Positions 57,428 through 57,463 of a stretch of DNA of 57,463 nt are shown here, in pieces (the stretch's first letter is position 1; the number at the start of each line of letters is the position of its first letter). The position numbers and the translations under genes are program-made. Location: NCBI GenBank assembly GCA_051003195.1, contig JBPCLP010000049.1, positions 1 through 57,463 on the forward strand, read 5' to 3'. This stretch comes from Candidatus Sumerlaeaceae bacterium (lineage in GTDB: Bacteria; Sumerlaeota; Sumerlaeia; Sumerlaeales; Sumerlaeaceae). A model generated the notes under the pieces. That model ran no database searches, was not told the DNA's origin, and saw nothing but the letters and a program-made list of their open reading frames with translations.

Positions 57428-57463
57428 TGTGCCGTCCCATAAGTTCATAGCTATACTTCAGGA
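57424..57463 (+). repeat. MITE-like repeat copy F (cut off by the window end)
   Basis: CCAGTGTGCCGTCCCATAAGTTCATAGCTATACTTCAGGA, nearly identical to the start of copy C. Confidence 0.85.

Overview
Bacterial chromosomal window of moderately high GC with about 46 mostly housekeeping and envelope genes. They include rdgB, a PTS EIIA, punA, rpsO-pnp, gmhA, cysH, a peptide ABC dppABC-like cluster, pyrF, ribF, a troABCD-mntR manganese uptake operon, a GAF/PAS/GGDEF/EAL protein, a PilC-like protein and a phosphohexomutase. I found no rRNA, tRNA, CRISPR array, prophage or transposase. Features the ORF track misses: (1) a dispersed ~100-bp MITE-like repeat family with five copies plus one larger REP-carrying member, CNAG boundaries and co-varying hairpin stems, resembling IS630 ends; (2) a small TAA-interrupted gene coupled to a nucleotidyltransferase; (3) a 34-codon remnant of a deleted Zn-dependent dehydrogenase; (4) inverted octamer arrays between two ABC permease genes; (5) stacked palindromes at the tro promoter. 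Protein-level oddities are a PNPase with a long RGG tail and a duplicated terminal motif, an APS reductase ending in a CysE-like putative CysK-docking tail, and a GH125 homolog with degenerate catalytic motifs. I see no single clearly novel multi-gene system. All family calls come from recognising motifs by eye, not from database searches.
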